From an uncultured Chitinophagales bacterium (GTDB lineage Bacteria; Bacteroidota; Ignavibacteria; UBA10030; F1-140-MAGs086): a stretch of DNA of 64,000 bases. The stretch spans positions 129,202 to 193,201 of the forward strand of contig CAYHPL010000001.1 of NCBI GenBank assembly GCA_964358705.1. Direction: 5' to 3'. The notes beneath the pieces are model-generated. The model saw only the letters and a list, made by a program, of their open reading frames with translations, was not told the DNA's origin and searched no databases. Below, in pieces: positions 7,901 to 17,459 of the stretch (positions within the stretch are counted from its first letter, which is position 1; every line of letters begins with the position of its first letter). The position numbers and the translations under genes are program-made.

Positions 7901-10333
7901 TTATTTTTTCCAGTCATATTTTACGCTTCCACAATTACAACGAATTTTACTATTTACATTGTCAAAATTTTTCAATGCAACAAAGGATTTGCATTTTTCC
8001 TCTGAGCAATAAAATGTCTTGATTAGCTTTTTCACATCTTCCCAAAATACTTCAAGGTCGTTTATGTTTTCTTTAAATGAATTGTCATGTGAGGTTTTAT
8101 TTCCTATTAGAATTGGCGAAGCCAGAATACTATCAATGTTATTTTTTGTTTTCAAGTCTGCTGGTGATTGCTTGTTCACTCTGCTTTGAATAGAAGACAA
8201 AAGTTCATTCATCATTCTTTCCTCATTTCTGTCATTGAAACGAAATGCAAGGCCTGCTTCTATGTTAAATGCAATCTGTTTTAATTGTCTTTCAGCATAA
8301 CGTCTAATGTCATTACCAAGTCCATCAATATTCTTTGCCTTGAACTTGCCTTCAATTTTGGTTCTCAAATCTACAAGCGGAGTTTCAAAACTTGTTCCTT
8401 TTTCCGCTGTCCAAGAAAGTGATTTTATTACCCAATTATTCTTTTTTGCTTCACTTGAAGCAATATCAAAAAAATCTTTCTCGTGAGTTAATAATATGAT
8501 TTGAAAATCACTGAACTTATTTATTAGGAGTCGAATAAATCTTGTTCTATGCGTACTGTCAAAGCTTGAAATGACATCATCCAAAACAAAAAAATCATTT
8601 TCTTTATTAAATGCTTTAACAGAAGCCAAGAAGAAAGATAACCCTAAGCAATTTATATGACTTTCACTTAATAATGCAACTGGCGGTGTTTGCCTTTCGT
8701 TGTAAAATGTATATTCAATTGTAATTCCAGAGAGTTCGTCATTTTTGTCTTTAATTGGAACAAGCTTAATATCTTCAATTTTTTCATTCGGATTCATTTC
8801 AGTGTAAAAGCTGTTTATTTCATCCGAAAACATTGTTAAAAAACCTTCTAATGATTCTTCCTGCTTTTTTATAAAGTCAGTGTATAGGGCTTCGAAAGTT
8901 ACTTGCTGTTTAGTTAATATTTCTTCCTCTCTTTCAAGTTTCTTGTGAGCCACATAAGCGTCTAAAGCCCTTGAAAGTTTTGTATGTATATGTAATTTTT
9001 TGTTTTCCTTAATACTATCAGAAAGTGTTTTGGATTTTACTCTGGAGATGGAAATTAAGCCCTTAATTTCTTTGTCGTCAATTTTGATAAGCGAAAATTC
9101 TCTTAAAGGTTCGGTTGAAAAAATATCTTTTTTCAAATCTTCGCCAATAACTTTTATAGAATTTTGAATTTGCTCAATCGTCTTTTTTGTTGCTTCGTTT
9201 TCCTTTTCAGCAAGATGCTTTTCTTTTAGCAAACCGCTAATTACTGTATAGTTATTGCGAAGCAGCTTAGTAAGCTCTTCGCATTCTTCATTTAGTTTAT
9301 CTTGCTCTGCTTTAATTTCTTTTAAATCTTCAACTCTTTGATTTAATTCTTGTGCAAGTTTGAGTTTGTCCTTTTCTTGTTGACACAATGGACAAAAATT
9401 ATCTTTTACGATGTCCATTTTAATAACCTTTAAACCTTCCGAGAGTAATGCCAGTAGTTGAAGTTTACTTATTTTATCTGCATCTTTCCTTAATGCGATA
9501 AAGGATTTATAATAGTCATTGTATAAACTATGAATATTTGAAATCTCAATTTCTAAATCAGTTAATGTGTCCGCTATTTTGTTATGAAATGCAATTTGCT
9601 CAACAACTATTGTATCCTCTTTTGTTTCAATTGATTTAAGTGCAGTTTTTACATCCTTAAAAGATTTTATGTCCTTTTCAAGTTTTAATGGTGCAATTAC
9701 TTTCAATGCAGTTTCAAAAAACTGTTTTGAAGATGTTATATTTTGCCCCAAACTCTCTAAAAGAATTGCTTGTTGAGCACTTCGTTTATTACTAAATCCA
9801 CCAGCTTTTATTACTCGGGCAATTCGTCCGCCAACAAGCTTTAATAAACTGCGTAATTCTTGCACTTGGCTAAAGCCAATTATATTTTGTAAATGTTTTA
9901 GTTTGTCTCCTTTGGTTGCTATAATAAACTGAACCAAATCTCTGTATCGAAGAATTAAGTTCTCCGATTGCGATTGACTAAAATAACTTGCAAACTCCTT
10001 TGAGCTATTTGAGTTAAATGTTTTAAATAAATTGTTTATTGACTTTTCATTGTCAAGTAACCTGTTTGAATATTGAATTTCAATTTTTGCTTCATCACTT
10101 GGATTGAGAAATACATTTCTTAATGCGTTTTTTCCCTTGCCTCCAACTTCTTCTCCTGTCAAATGTTCAATGCTATCTTTATAGAACCACTCTAAAGCAT
10201 CTGTAATTGAACTTTTACCTGTTCCATTGTCGCCATAAATTAGTAAAGACTTCTTGTCGAGAGAAAGATTTAAACCTTCTCTAACACCTCTGATACCTGT
10301 GATGTTTATTGATTTAATTTTGTTCTTACTCAT
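7901..10333 (-). CDS. Rad50/SbcC-like SMC-family ATPase with zinc hook and C-terminal zinc ribbon (candidate defence ATPase)
   Basis: N-terminal Walker A (GDNGTGKSS), then a ~400-aa K/E/L-rich coiled-coil with a central CPLC hook. C-terminal ABC signature-like LSESH, Walker B (FFVLDDV), D-loop (SSFD), H-loop (LLTHE), then a ~170-aa tail with CSEEKC..CNCGS. The ATG at 10333 is preferred over the TTG at 10345. Confidence 0.75.
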   Translation of the reverse strand: MSKNKIKSINITGIRGVREGLNLSLDKKSLLIYGDNGTGKSSITDALEWFYKDSIEHLTGEEVGGKGKNALRNVFLNPSDEAKIEIQYSNRLLDNEKSINNLFKTFNSNSSKEFASYFSQSQSENLILRYRDLVQFIIATKGDKLKHLQNIIGFSQVQELRSLLKLVGGRIARVIKAGGFSNKRSAQQAILLESLGQNITSSKQFFETALKVIAPLKLEKDIKSFKDVKTALKSIETKEDTIVVEQIAFHNKIADTLTDLEIEISNIHSLYNDYYKSFIALRKDADKISKLQLLALLSEGLKVIKMDIVKDNFCPLCQQEKDKLKLAQELNQRVEDLKEIKAEQDKLNEECEELTKLLRNNYTVISGLLKEKHLAEKENEATKKTIEQIQNSIKVIGEDLKKDIFSTEPLREFSLIKIDDKEIKGLISISRVKSKTLSDSIKENKKLHIHTKLSRALDAYVAHKKLEREEEILTKQQVTFEALYTDFIKKQEESLEGFLTMFSDEINSFYTEMNPNEKIEDIKLVPIKDKNDELSGITIEYTFYNERQTPPVALLSESHINCLGLSFFLASVKAFNKENDFFVLDDVISSFDSTHRTRFIRLLINKFSDFQIILLTHEKDFFDIASSEAKKNNWVIKSLSWTAEKGTSFETPLVDLRTKIEGKFKAKNIDGLGNDIRRYAERQLKQIAFNIEAGLAFRFNDRNEERMMNELLSSIQSRVNKQSPADLKTKNNIDSILASPILIGNKTSHDNSFKENINDLEVFWEDVKKLIKTFYCSEEKCKSFVALKNFDNVNSKIRCNCGSVKYDWKK

Positions 10334-10529
10334 CTTCTTTGTCAATTTGTTTTAATTCCTTCTGAACTATTTCGTCCAAAGTGTTTTGAACATTTTTATC
10401 AGAAAGTTTTCCCTGACTGTAAAGCTCAACTAATGCATCAACGGTCTTTTTGTCGGCATTCGGAATATTATAGATTTCTGCAAAAAAATCATCAATTACG
10501 TCCTTTCCACTTTTTATATTATCGTCCAT
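10326..10529 (-). CDS. small acidic protein (67 aa), middle gene of the cassette
   Basis: Sits between the GIY-YIG and ATPase genes. Its stop overlaps the ATPase ATG (ATGAGTAA). Rich in D/E/K; no recognisable domain. The listed ORF start is a TTG; the internal ATG (MDDNIK) is preferred. Confidence 0.45.
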   Translation of the reverse strand: MDDNIKSGKDVIDDFFAEIYNIPNADKKTVDALVELYSQGKLSDKNVQNTLDEIVQKELKQIDKEDE

Positions 10530-10539
10530 AGTATTTGTT

Positions 10540-10995
10540 TTATTCAAAGTATTTCCAATCAATTATAAAATTTGCTTTTATCTTTTTTTCTAAAATTTCA
10601 AATCCTGATTTGTTGTTGCAAATCGGGTAAACACCATACTTTTCAACAAAGTCAAGAATAAAATAGCTTTCCAAATCTTCTATTCTATATTCCCAAAAGC
10701 TTTTAAGCATTTCAAAATTTATTATCGTGAATTTAAGTTGTCCAACTTTTCTATAATTTACAAGTCCTAAGTTTTTACTTTTTCCTTCAAAGTGACCAGT
10801 CAGCCGACTTCCCATACTATTCGTTTTTTTCTCACTCATTCCAATGTAAAGTAATTTTGATTTTTTGAATGGATATTGAATTTCGCATTCCGTTGTGAAA
10901 ATGAAATATAGTCCCACCAAACCTGCAAGAGGTTTGATATTTTGAATTTCAAAAGTCTTAGGCGTGTCAAAGTATATATTGAATTCATTTGTCAT
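10540..10995 (-). CDS. minimal GIY-YIG nuclease-domain protein
   Basis: GLYFIF...(18 aa)...LLYIGMS...RLTGHF plus downstream conserved E and N (ICNNK). Genuine ATG start. Confidence 0.7.
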   Translation of the reverse strand: MTNEFNIYFDTPKTFEIQNIKPLAGLVGLYFIFTTECEIQYPFKKSKLLYIGMSEKKTNSMGSRLTGHFEGKSKNLGLVNYRKVGQLKFTIINFEMLKSFWEYRIEDLESYFILDFVEKYGVYPICNNKSGFEILEKKIKANFIIDWKYFE

Positions 10996-11592
10996 ACGGT
11001 TGATGTACGGTCGGGTAAAAGCAAATGTGCTGCAACTGTGTTGGCTTGTGGGTGGAGATGCAGTATTTTTTTATTTTTCTGATGCGTTGGATTTTTTGTT
11101 CATTTTTCTGTCAGTCTGTTTGATGTTGCACCGTCGTCACAGCATTACTCCAACATCTAATATGCGCTACAAATATATTTTTTATAGCGCAAATCCGCAA
11201 TAAAAGTGTTGGATTAACGCAGGTTTTTGGCTTTTTGAGTAGTGCATATCTACAGCAGTTTATCAAATGGCTATTGTCGTTAAATATTTCTTTGTTTCTT
11301 CTGTAAAGATTTTTCGTGGTTGAAAATTGGCTTCATTTTCTTTGGCAAAAGATAGGGATTGCGGAGAAATAGTGCAAGGGGAAAGAAATCCCGCTCACTC
11401 ACTTTTCAATGGAGAATTATTGCACAGGTATCAGATTACGTATATCGTAAATCTCAAATCCCCGATTTTCATATTGTAGCATAATCAATATTTCTTTCGC
11501 TCCACAAATCTAAAAAGGAAAAATGTTCTTTGTATATTTTCGCGCAATTTTTAGAATGCACAACGAGTTTTCCCCACGATTTTTTTTAAAGA

Positions 11593-14460
11593 ATGAACGT
11601 AAAAACATTTACCGAAGACCAATTCGCAGCTCGCCATATTGGTCCCGATGAAACGCAAACACAAGATATGCTTGCAACTATTGGCGTGCAATCTCTTGAC
11701 ACACTTATAGCGCAGACAGTTCCGGAAAATATACGATTGCAAACACCGCTGCAATTGCCTGAAGCAATGAGCGAATACCGCTATCTGAGGCACATCCGCG
11801 AAGTGGCGGATAAAAATGCAGTATTTGCAACATACATTGGAATGGGGTACTACGATTGTATCGTGCCATCCGTAATACAAAGAAATATTTTTGAAAATCC
11901 CGGATGGTACACGCAATACACACCGTATCAGGCAGAAATCGCACAGGGTCGTTTGGAAGCGTTGCTGAATTTTCAAACGATGATAATTGATTTGACGAAA
12001 ATGGACGTTGCAAATGCATCATTGCTCGATGAAGGTACAGCCGCCGCAGAAGCAATGCAAATGATGTATGGGATTGTCAATAAAAATGCTGAGACAAGGA
12101 ATAAATTTTTTATCAGCGAACAGTGTTTTCCGCAAACTATTGACGTATTGCGTTCTCGTGCATCAGCGCATCGGTTTGAACTTATTCTTGGAAATCCGGA
12201 AACTACACAGATTGATGAAACATTTTTTGGCGCATTATTGCAATATCCCGATGCAAACGGCGAGGTGAGCGATTACAGAAAATTTATTGAACAAACACAC
12301 CGTGCTGGTGCGTTGGTTGCTGTTGCATCCGACTTGCTCAGTCTTGTGCTGATAACGCCGCCGGGAGAATTTGGCGCAGATATTGTCATTGGAAATTCAC
12401 AACGCTTTGGTGTGCCACTTGGATTCGGAGGACCGCACGCTGCATTTTTTGCTACACGAAATGAATTTATCCGCCAGATGCCCGGCAGAATAATCGGCGT
12501 TTCTGTTGATGTGCATAATAATCCTGCATTGCGCATGACATTGCAAACCCGCGAACAACACATTCGCAGAGAAAAAGCCACTTCAAATATTTGTACTGCG
12601 CAGGCATTACTTGCAATTATGGCGGGTATGTACGCTGTCTATCATGGCGCAGTTGGTTTGCAACGGATTGCAACCAATGTTCATCTTCTGGCTGTACTGC
12701 TTGAAAAAAAATTGCAGAATCTTGGTTATGAACAGGTCAATAAAATTTATTTCGATACGTTGAAAGTAAAAGTATCTTCAATTGAAAAAATAAAATTCAT
12801 TGCAGAAAAAAAAGAAATTAATTTCCGCTATTTTGATGATGCATTTGTTGGGATTTCGCTTGATGAAACAACCCAGCCCGAAGAGGTAGAAAAAATTATT
12901 TCTGTTTTTGCAGAAGCGCAATCGAAAGAATTTTCTGCAAATGACGTTACAGAAATTGATACAGTGCTTCCGCCGCAATTCGCCCGCAGAAGTGAATTTT
13001 TAACGCATCCGGTATTTCATTCATATCATTCCGAAACTGAAATGATGCGGTACATTAAAAAATTGGAGAACCGCGATTTATCATTAACACATTCGATGAT
13101 TCCTTTGGGTTCGTGCACAATGAAACTCAATGCTGCAACGGAGTTGCTTCCAATTACATGGAAAAAATTTTCCAAGATGCATCCGTTTGTTCCTCCATAT
13201 CAAGCAGAGGGATATTTTGAAATTTTTCGTGAACTTGAAAAATCATTATGCAGTATTACAGGACTTGATGCATGTTCATTGCAACCAAATTCCGGAGCGC
13301 AGGGAGAGTACGCGGGGCTGATGGTTATTCGCGCATATCATCACGATAGCAATGAATCCTTTCGCAACATTGCTTTGATTCCATCTTCTGCGCACGGTAC
13401 AAATCCTGCAAGCGCAGTAATGGCGGGATTCAAAGTTGTCGTCATAAAATGTGATGAGTTGGGAAATATTGATGTTCAGGATTTGCGCATAAAAGCAGAA
13501 GAAAATAAAGATTCGTTGGCTGCATTGCTTGTTACGTATCCATCCACGCATGGAGTGTTTGAAGAAAGTATTCAGGAAATTTGCTCCATAATTCATCGCA
13601 ATGGCGGGCAAGTATATATGGATGGTGCAAATTTGAATGCACAAGTTGGCTTGACGAGTCCCGGAAGAATAGGCGCGGATGTGTGTCATATCAATTTGCA
13701 TAAAACTTTTTCAATACCACATGGCGGCGGCGGTCCGGGAATGGGTCCGATTTGTGTTGCACAACATCTTGCGCAATATTTACCGGGACATTCTGTGCAG
13801 AGAAAAGGAACTGAAAAATCTATTCCAGCCGTTTCATCCGCACCGTTTGGCAGCGCAAGTATTGTATTGATTTCGTATGCGTACATCAAAATGCTTGGTG
13901 CGCGGGGTGTTACTGATGCTACAAAATATGCAATACTCAATGCGAATTATCTGAAAGCAAAATTAGAACCACATTTTTCAATTTTATACAAAGGAAAAAA
14001 TGGATTTTGTGCGCATGAATTTATTCTCGACACACGGGAATTTAAACACAGTGCAAATATCGAAGCAGAAGATATTGCAAAGCGATTGATGGATTATGGA
14101 TTTCACGCGCCAACAGTTTCATTTCCGGTGGCTGGAACATTGATGATTTAACCAACAGAAAGCGAATCAAAAGCAGAATTGGATAAATTTATCAACGCAT
14201 TGGTTTCTATTCGAAAGGAAATTCAGGAAATAATTGATGGCAGTGCAGACAAAAATAATAATGTGCTGAAAAATGCGCCTCATACTGATTATGAATCTGT
14301 AAAAGAAATATGGGAACATCCGTATTCGCGTACAAAAGCAGCGTACCCGTTACCATCACTTTATGCAAATAAATTCTGGCCCATCGTCGGACGTATCAAT
14401 AATTCTTATGGCGATAAAAATATTATGTGTTCGTGTCCGCCAGTTGAGGAGTATAAATAG
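11593..14460 (+). pseudogene. gcvP: glycine dehydrogenase (decarboxylating) GcvP, interrupted by an in-frame TAA at 14149-14151
   Basis: The 852-aa ORF ends ...GTLMI*, and [13 protein letters not shown]... continues in the same frame. The 93-aa downstream ORF is the canonical GcvP C-terminus, so TAA replaces the conserved Glu of LMIEPTESE. Confidence 0.8.
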
Positions 14461-14463
14461 CGC

Positions 14464-14883
14464 GTGAATCAAAATACGGTTATTCAAACTATGCTTGAAT
14501 CTGCGGAAACAATTGCAGTGGTCGGACTGTCCGATAATCCGGAGCGTTCAAGTTATGGTGTTGCAAAATATTTAATGAATGTCGGATACAAAATAATTCC
14601 TGTGAATCCAAAGGTGAAAGAAGTGTTTGGAATAAAAAGCGCTGCTTCACTGAAAGAAATTACTGAGCAAGTTGATATTGTAAATATTTTTCGCCGTTCA
14701 GAATTGGTGTTGCCTGTTGTAAAAGAAGCGATTGAAATTCATGCGAAGGGAATATGGATGCAGGAAGGTGTGTATAATGAAAATGCGGCAGAAATAGCGA
14801 GGAACGCAGGAATTCCCGTCATAATGGATAATTGCATTGCCGTTGCGCACCGGATAGTGAAATATCAGTTACATCAACAATAG
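14464..14883 (+). CDS. CoA-binding domain protein (YccU-like)
   Basis: IAVVGLSDNPERSSYGV..GYKIIPVNP motif. Confidence 0.7.
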   Translation: MNQNTVIQTMLESAETIAVVGLSDNPERSSYGVAKYLMNVGYKIIPVNPKVKEVFGIKSAASLKEITEQVDIVNIFRRSELVLPVVKEAIEIHAKGIWMQEGVYNENAAEIARNAGIPVIMDNCIAVAHRIVKYQLHQQ

Positions 14884-14893
14884 CACTTATGCA

Positions 14894-16228
14894 ATGATGC
14901 GCGTTTTTTTTCTCCTTCTGCTTGTATGTGCATTTCAATTTCTTTTTTCTCAAGCCAAATTAATTATTCCCGATGCCAAAATTACTCCAACGTACATTCG
15001 TTACATTTCTATTACAGGAAATGAAAAAACCGAAGAGTATGTTATTCGCCGCGAACTCACATTCAAGCAAGGCGACACGGTAAAAATTGCTACACTCAAT
15101 TACAACAAAAACAGAATTTACTCGCTTGCGTTGTTTAACAAAGTGGAAATTTTTCTACAGCCCATTGGCGATGATTCTGTGGATGTGCGCATCAGTGTGA
15201 GCGAGCGATGGTATATTTATCCGTTTCCTGTGTTGCAGGCAATAGAAGGCGATTTTAAAAAACTGAACTACGGCTTCAGTATTATGCACTCAAATTTTCG
15301 GGGGCGCAATGAAAAATTAATTACTTCATTCACATTCGGCTATAATCCGTTTATAAGTTTTTATTACTACAATCCGCTCATCAACGAGCATCCCGAATTA
15401 TTTCTCGAATCACAACTCACGTACAGCAAAATCCGCAATCACAGCACACTTGCTCTTGCATCTGGAAATAATTTTGTTGAAATACATTACGCCGCTTTGA
15501 TGAATGTTGGTCGTCGGTTTGATGTATTCCGCCGCTTAACTTTTGGCGGAGAATTTAATCAGGTGCAGGTTTCAACGTATCAACCGCGCAGAACAATTTC
15601 CCTGTCAGGTAAAGATTCCTATGTAACACTTCGTATGAATTACAGTTACGATTCGCGCGATTTAATTCAGTATGCCGGATACGGAATGTTATTTCGCTCT
15701 TCAATTGCAAAAGCAGGTTTCGAAAAAGACGGCGTTAATTTTTCCAGAATATCATTTGATTACCGTCGCTATTTTCCAATTGCAGTGGATTCAAATTTTA
15801 CTGCAACACTTGCCGCGCGTGTTTTTACTACTGCAACTCGCGGAAAAAATGTTCCATCGTATGAATTTCTTTACTTTGGATATCAGGAAAAAATTCGCGG
15901 ACACAACCACAAAAAAATTGAAGGAGATAATTTAATCGGCGCAGCAATGGAATTCCGACTGCCGCTTTTCTCTCCGCGTATTTATCAACTCGCATTTGTG
16001 CCGGTAAAGCAGTTCTCTGTGTTTCGCTTTGGAATGTATCTTGCATTGTTCGGCAATGTTGGCGCGATGCAATTTCAACCAATGACATTGGGCAACTATA
16101 TTTTTGTCAAAGGATACGGCGCAGGTATTCATTTTCTCTTGCCGTATGATTTTCTCCTGCGTTCAGAAATTGCCTTCAATGAAGCAAGACAATCGGAAAT
16201 AATTTTAGAACTCGGCACTGCTTTTTAA
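14894..16228 (+). CDS. BamA/TamA-family outer-membrane beta-barrel protein (POTRA + Omp85 barrel)
   Basis: Signal peptide, POTRA-like N-terminus (I..I.I.GN....YVIRREL.FKQGD), C-terminal aromatic residue (..GTAF). Confidence 0.6.
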   Translation: MMRVFFLLLLVCAFQFLFSQAKLIIPDAKITPTYIRYISITGNEKTEEYVIRRELTFKQGDTVKIATLNYNKNRIYSLALFNKVEIFLQPIGDDSVDVRISVSERWYIYPFPVLQAIEGDFKKLNYGFSIMHSNFRGRNEKLITSFTFGYNPFISFYYYNPLINEHPELFLESQLTYSKIRNHSTLALASGNNFVEIHYAALMNVGRRFDVFRRLTFGGEFNQVQVSTYQPRRTISLSGKDSYVTLRMNYSYDSRDLIQYAGYGMLFRSSIAKAGFEKDGVNFSRISFDYRRYFPIAVDSNFTATLAARVFTTATRGKNVPSYEFLYFGYQEKIRGHNHKKIEGDNLIGAAMEFRLPLFSPRIYQLAFVPVKQFSVFRFGMYLALFGNVGAMQFQPMTLGNYIFVKGYGAGIHFLLPYDFLLRSEIAFNEARQSEIILELGTAF

Positions 16229-16231
16229 AAA

Positions 16232-16930
16232 ATGAATACGAATTATTTCTACACACAACCTGAATTCATAAACGAAAATACTCTCACATTGATAAATGAA
16301 GAATTTCATCACTGCGTAAATGTGTTGCGCAAAAAATTCGGAGAAAAAATATTTGTTGTGGATGGAATCGGTAATTGTTTTGAAGCACAAATTATTGAAA
16401 TCCAAAACAAAATCGCAGTAGGAGAAATAATTACCAAGTATGAAAACTTCAACGAACCTTCTGTGTCTCTTACACTTGCAGTTTGCCTGTTAAAAAATTC
16501 CGCCAAGTTTGATTTTATGGTTGAAAAAGCGACAGAACTCGGCGTGAAAAAAATTATTCCGGTCATTTCAGAACATACGATTGTACATCACATCAAAAAA
16601 GAGCGTCTCGAAAAACTTGCGCTTTCCGCAATGAAACAATGCGGTCGCGGCTGCTTACCGGTGATAGCAGATATGCATTCTTATGATGAACTCATTTGCC
16701 AAAAAGAAATTGCAGAAAATAAATTCATCGCGTATGAATTTGAAAAAGAAAAAACTGCGATGTATCCTACTCCATCTGCAATTGTTCTCGTTGGACCGGA
16801 GGGAGGTTTTTCTATAGCGGAAGTAGAAAAAGGAATCGAGGAAGGATGGAATTTGATATCGTTAGGAAAGAGAAGATTGCGTACGGAAACTGCTGCAATT
16901 GCACTCTGCGCAAAATTTATTGATGGATGA
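16232..16930 (+). CDS. rsmE: 16S rRNA (uracil1498-N3)-methyltransferase RsmE
   Basis: RsmE-like PUA plus SPOUT motifs (LVGPEGGFS..E). Confidence 0.8.
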   Translation: MNTNYFYTQPEFINENTLTLINEEFHHCVNVLRKKFGEKIFVVDGIGNCFEAQIIEIQNKIAVGEIITKYENFNEPSVSLTLAVCLLKNSAKFDFMVEKATELGVKKIIPVISEHTIVHHIKKERLEKLALSAMKQCGRGCLPVIADMHSYDELICQKEIAENKFIAYEFEKEKTAMYPTPSAIVLVGPEGGFSIAEVEKGIEEGWNLISLGKRRLRTETAAIALCAKFIDG

Positions 16931-17459
16931 GGAGATAAATTTTTTCTGCAATAGTTTCAGCCGATTCTTTTGAAGAATTGAAAGTGTGCGTTGCAAGTTG
17001 TTGATAAAAAATTTCTCTGCTCGCAAGTTCTTCAATAATTTCTTCGCGCAGTTTTTTTTCGCTGTCAAAACGAATTCTGTTTGCATCGCCTGCAATTCGT
17101 TGCTCAATTGTTTCCACTCCTGCATTCATCCAGATTACAAGAGATGCATTTTTCTTTAAGAGGGTTCTATTCAGTTCACGCAATACTATGCCGCCGCCGC
17201 AATCAATAATTGTATTTTTATTGTGCAAAGCGGAGTGAAGTATTTCACTTTCCACATTGCGAAAATACTCCCAGCCATTTTGTGTTACTATTTCTGCAAT
17301 TGTCTTTCCCTCTTGCATTTCTATTACTCTATCAGTAGAAAAAACTTGATAGCCAATTTTATCCCCGAGTAGTGTGGCAACTGTTGTTTTTCCTGTCCCG
17401 CGAAATCCTATAAAAGCAATGAGCATTTGCTTATCATTCATTGCAATTCCAATAAACAT
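16917..17459 (-). CDS. aroK: shikimate kinase
   Basis: GFRGTGKTT Walker A; IIDCGGG. Confidence 0.85.
   Translation of the reverse strand: MFIGIAMNDKQMLIAFIGFRGTGKTTVATLLGDKIGYQVFSTDRVIEMQEGKTIAEIVTQNGWEYFRNVESEILHSALHNKNTIIDCGGGIVLRELNRTLLKKNASLVIWMNAGVETIEQRIAGDANRIRFDSEKKLREEIIEELASREIFYQQLATHTFNSSKESAETIAEKIYLLIHQ

Noticed and set aside
10345-10562. TTG-initiated longer versions of the ATPase and small-protein ORFs
   Set aside because: In-frame ATGs 12 and 33 nt downstream give sensible N-termini. The ORF track treats TTG as Met.
11300-11592. Possible glycine riboswitch upstream of gcvP (GGGATT...AATCCC stem with GGAGAA/GCAAGGGGAAAG inside)
   Set aside because: The conserved ACCGAAGG(G/A)GCAA and CUCUGGAGAG/CUCUCAGGCAAAAGGAC cores are absent. 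The element is too short for even one aptamer.
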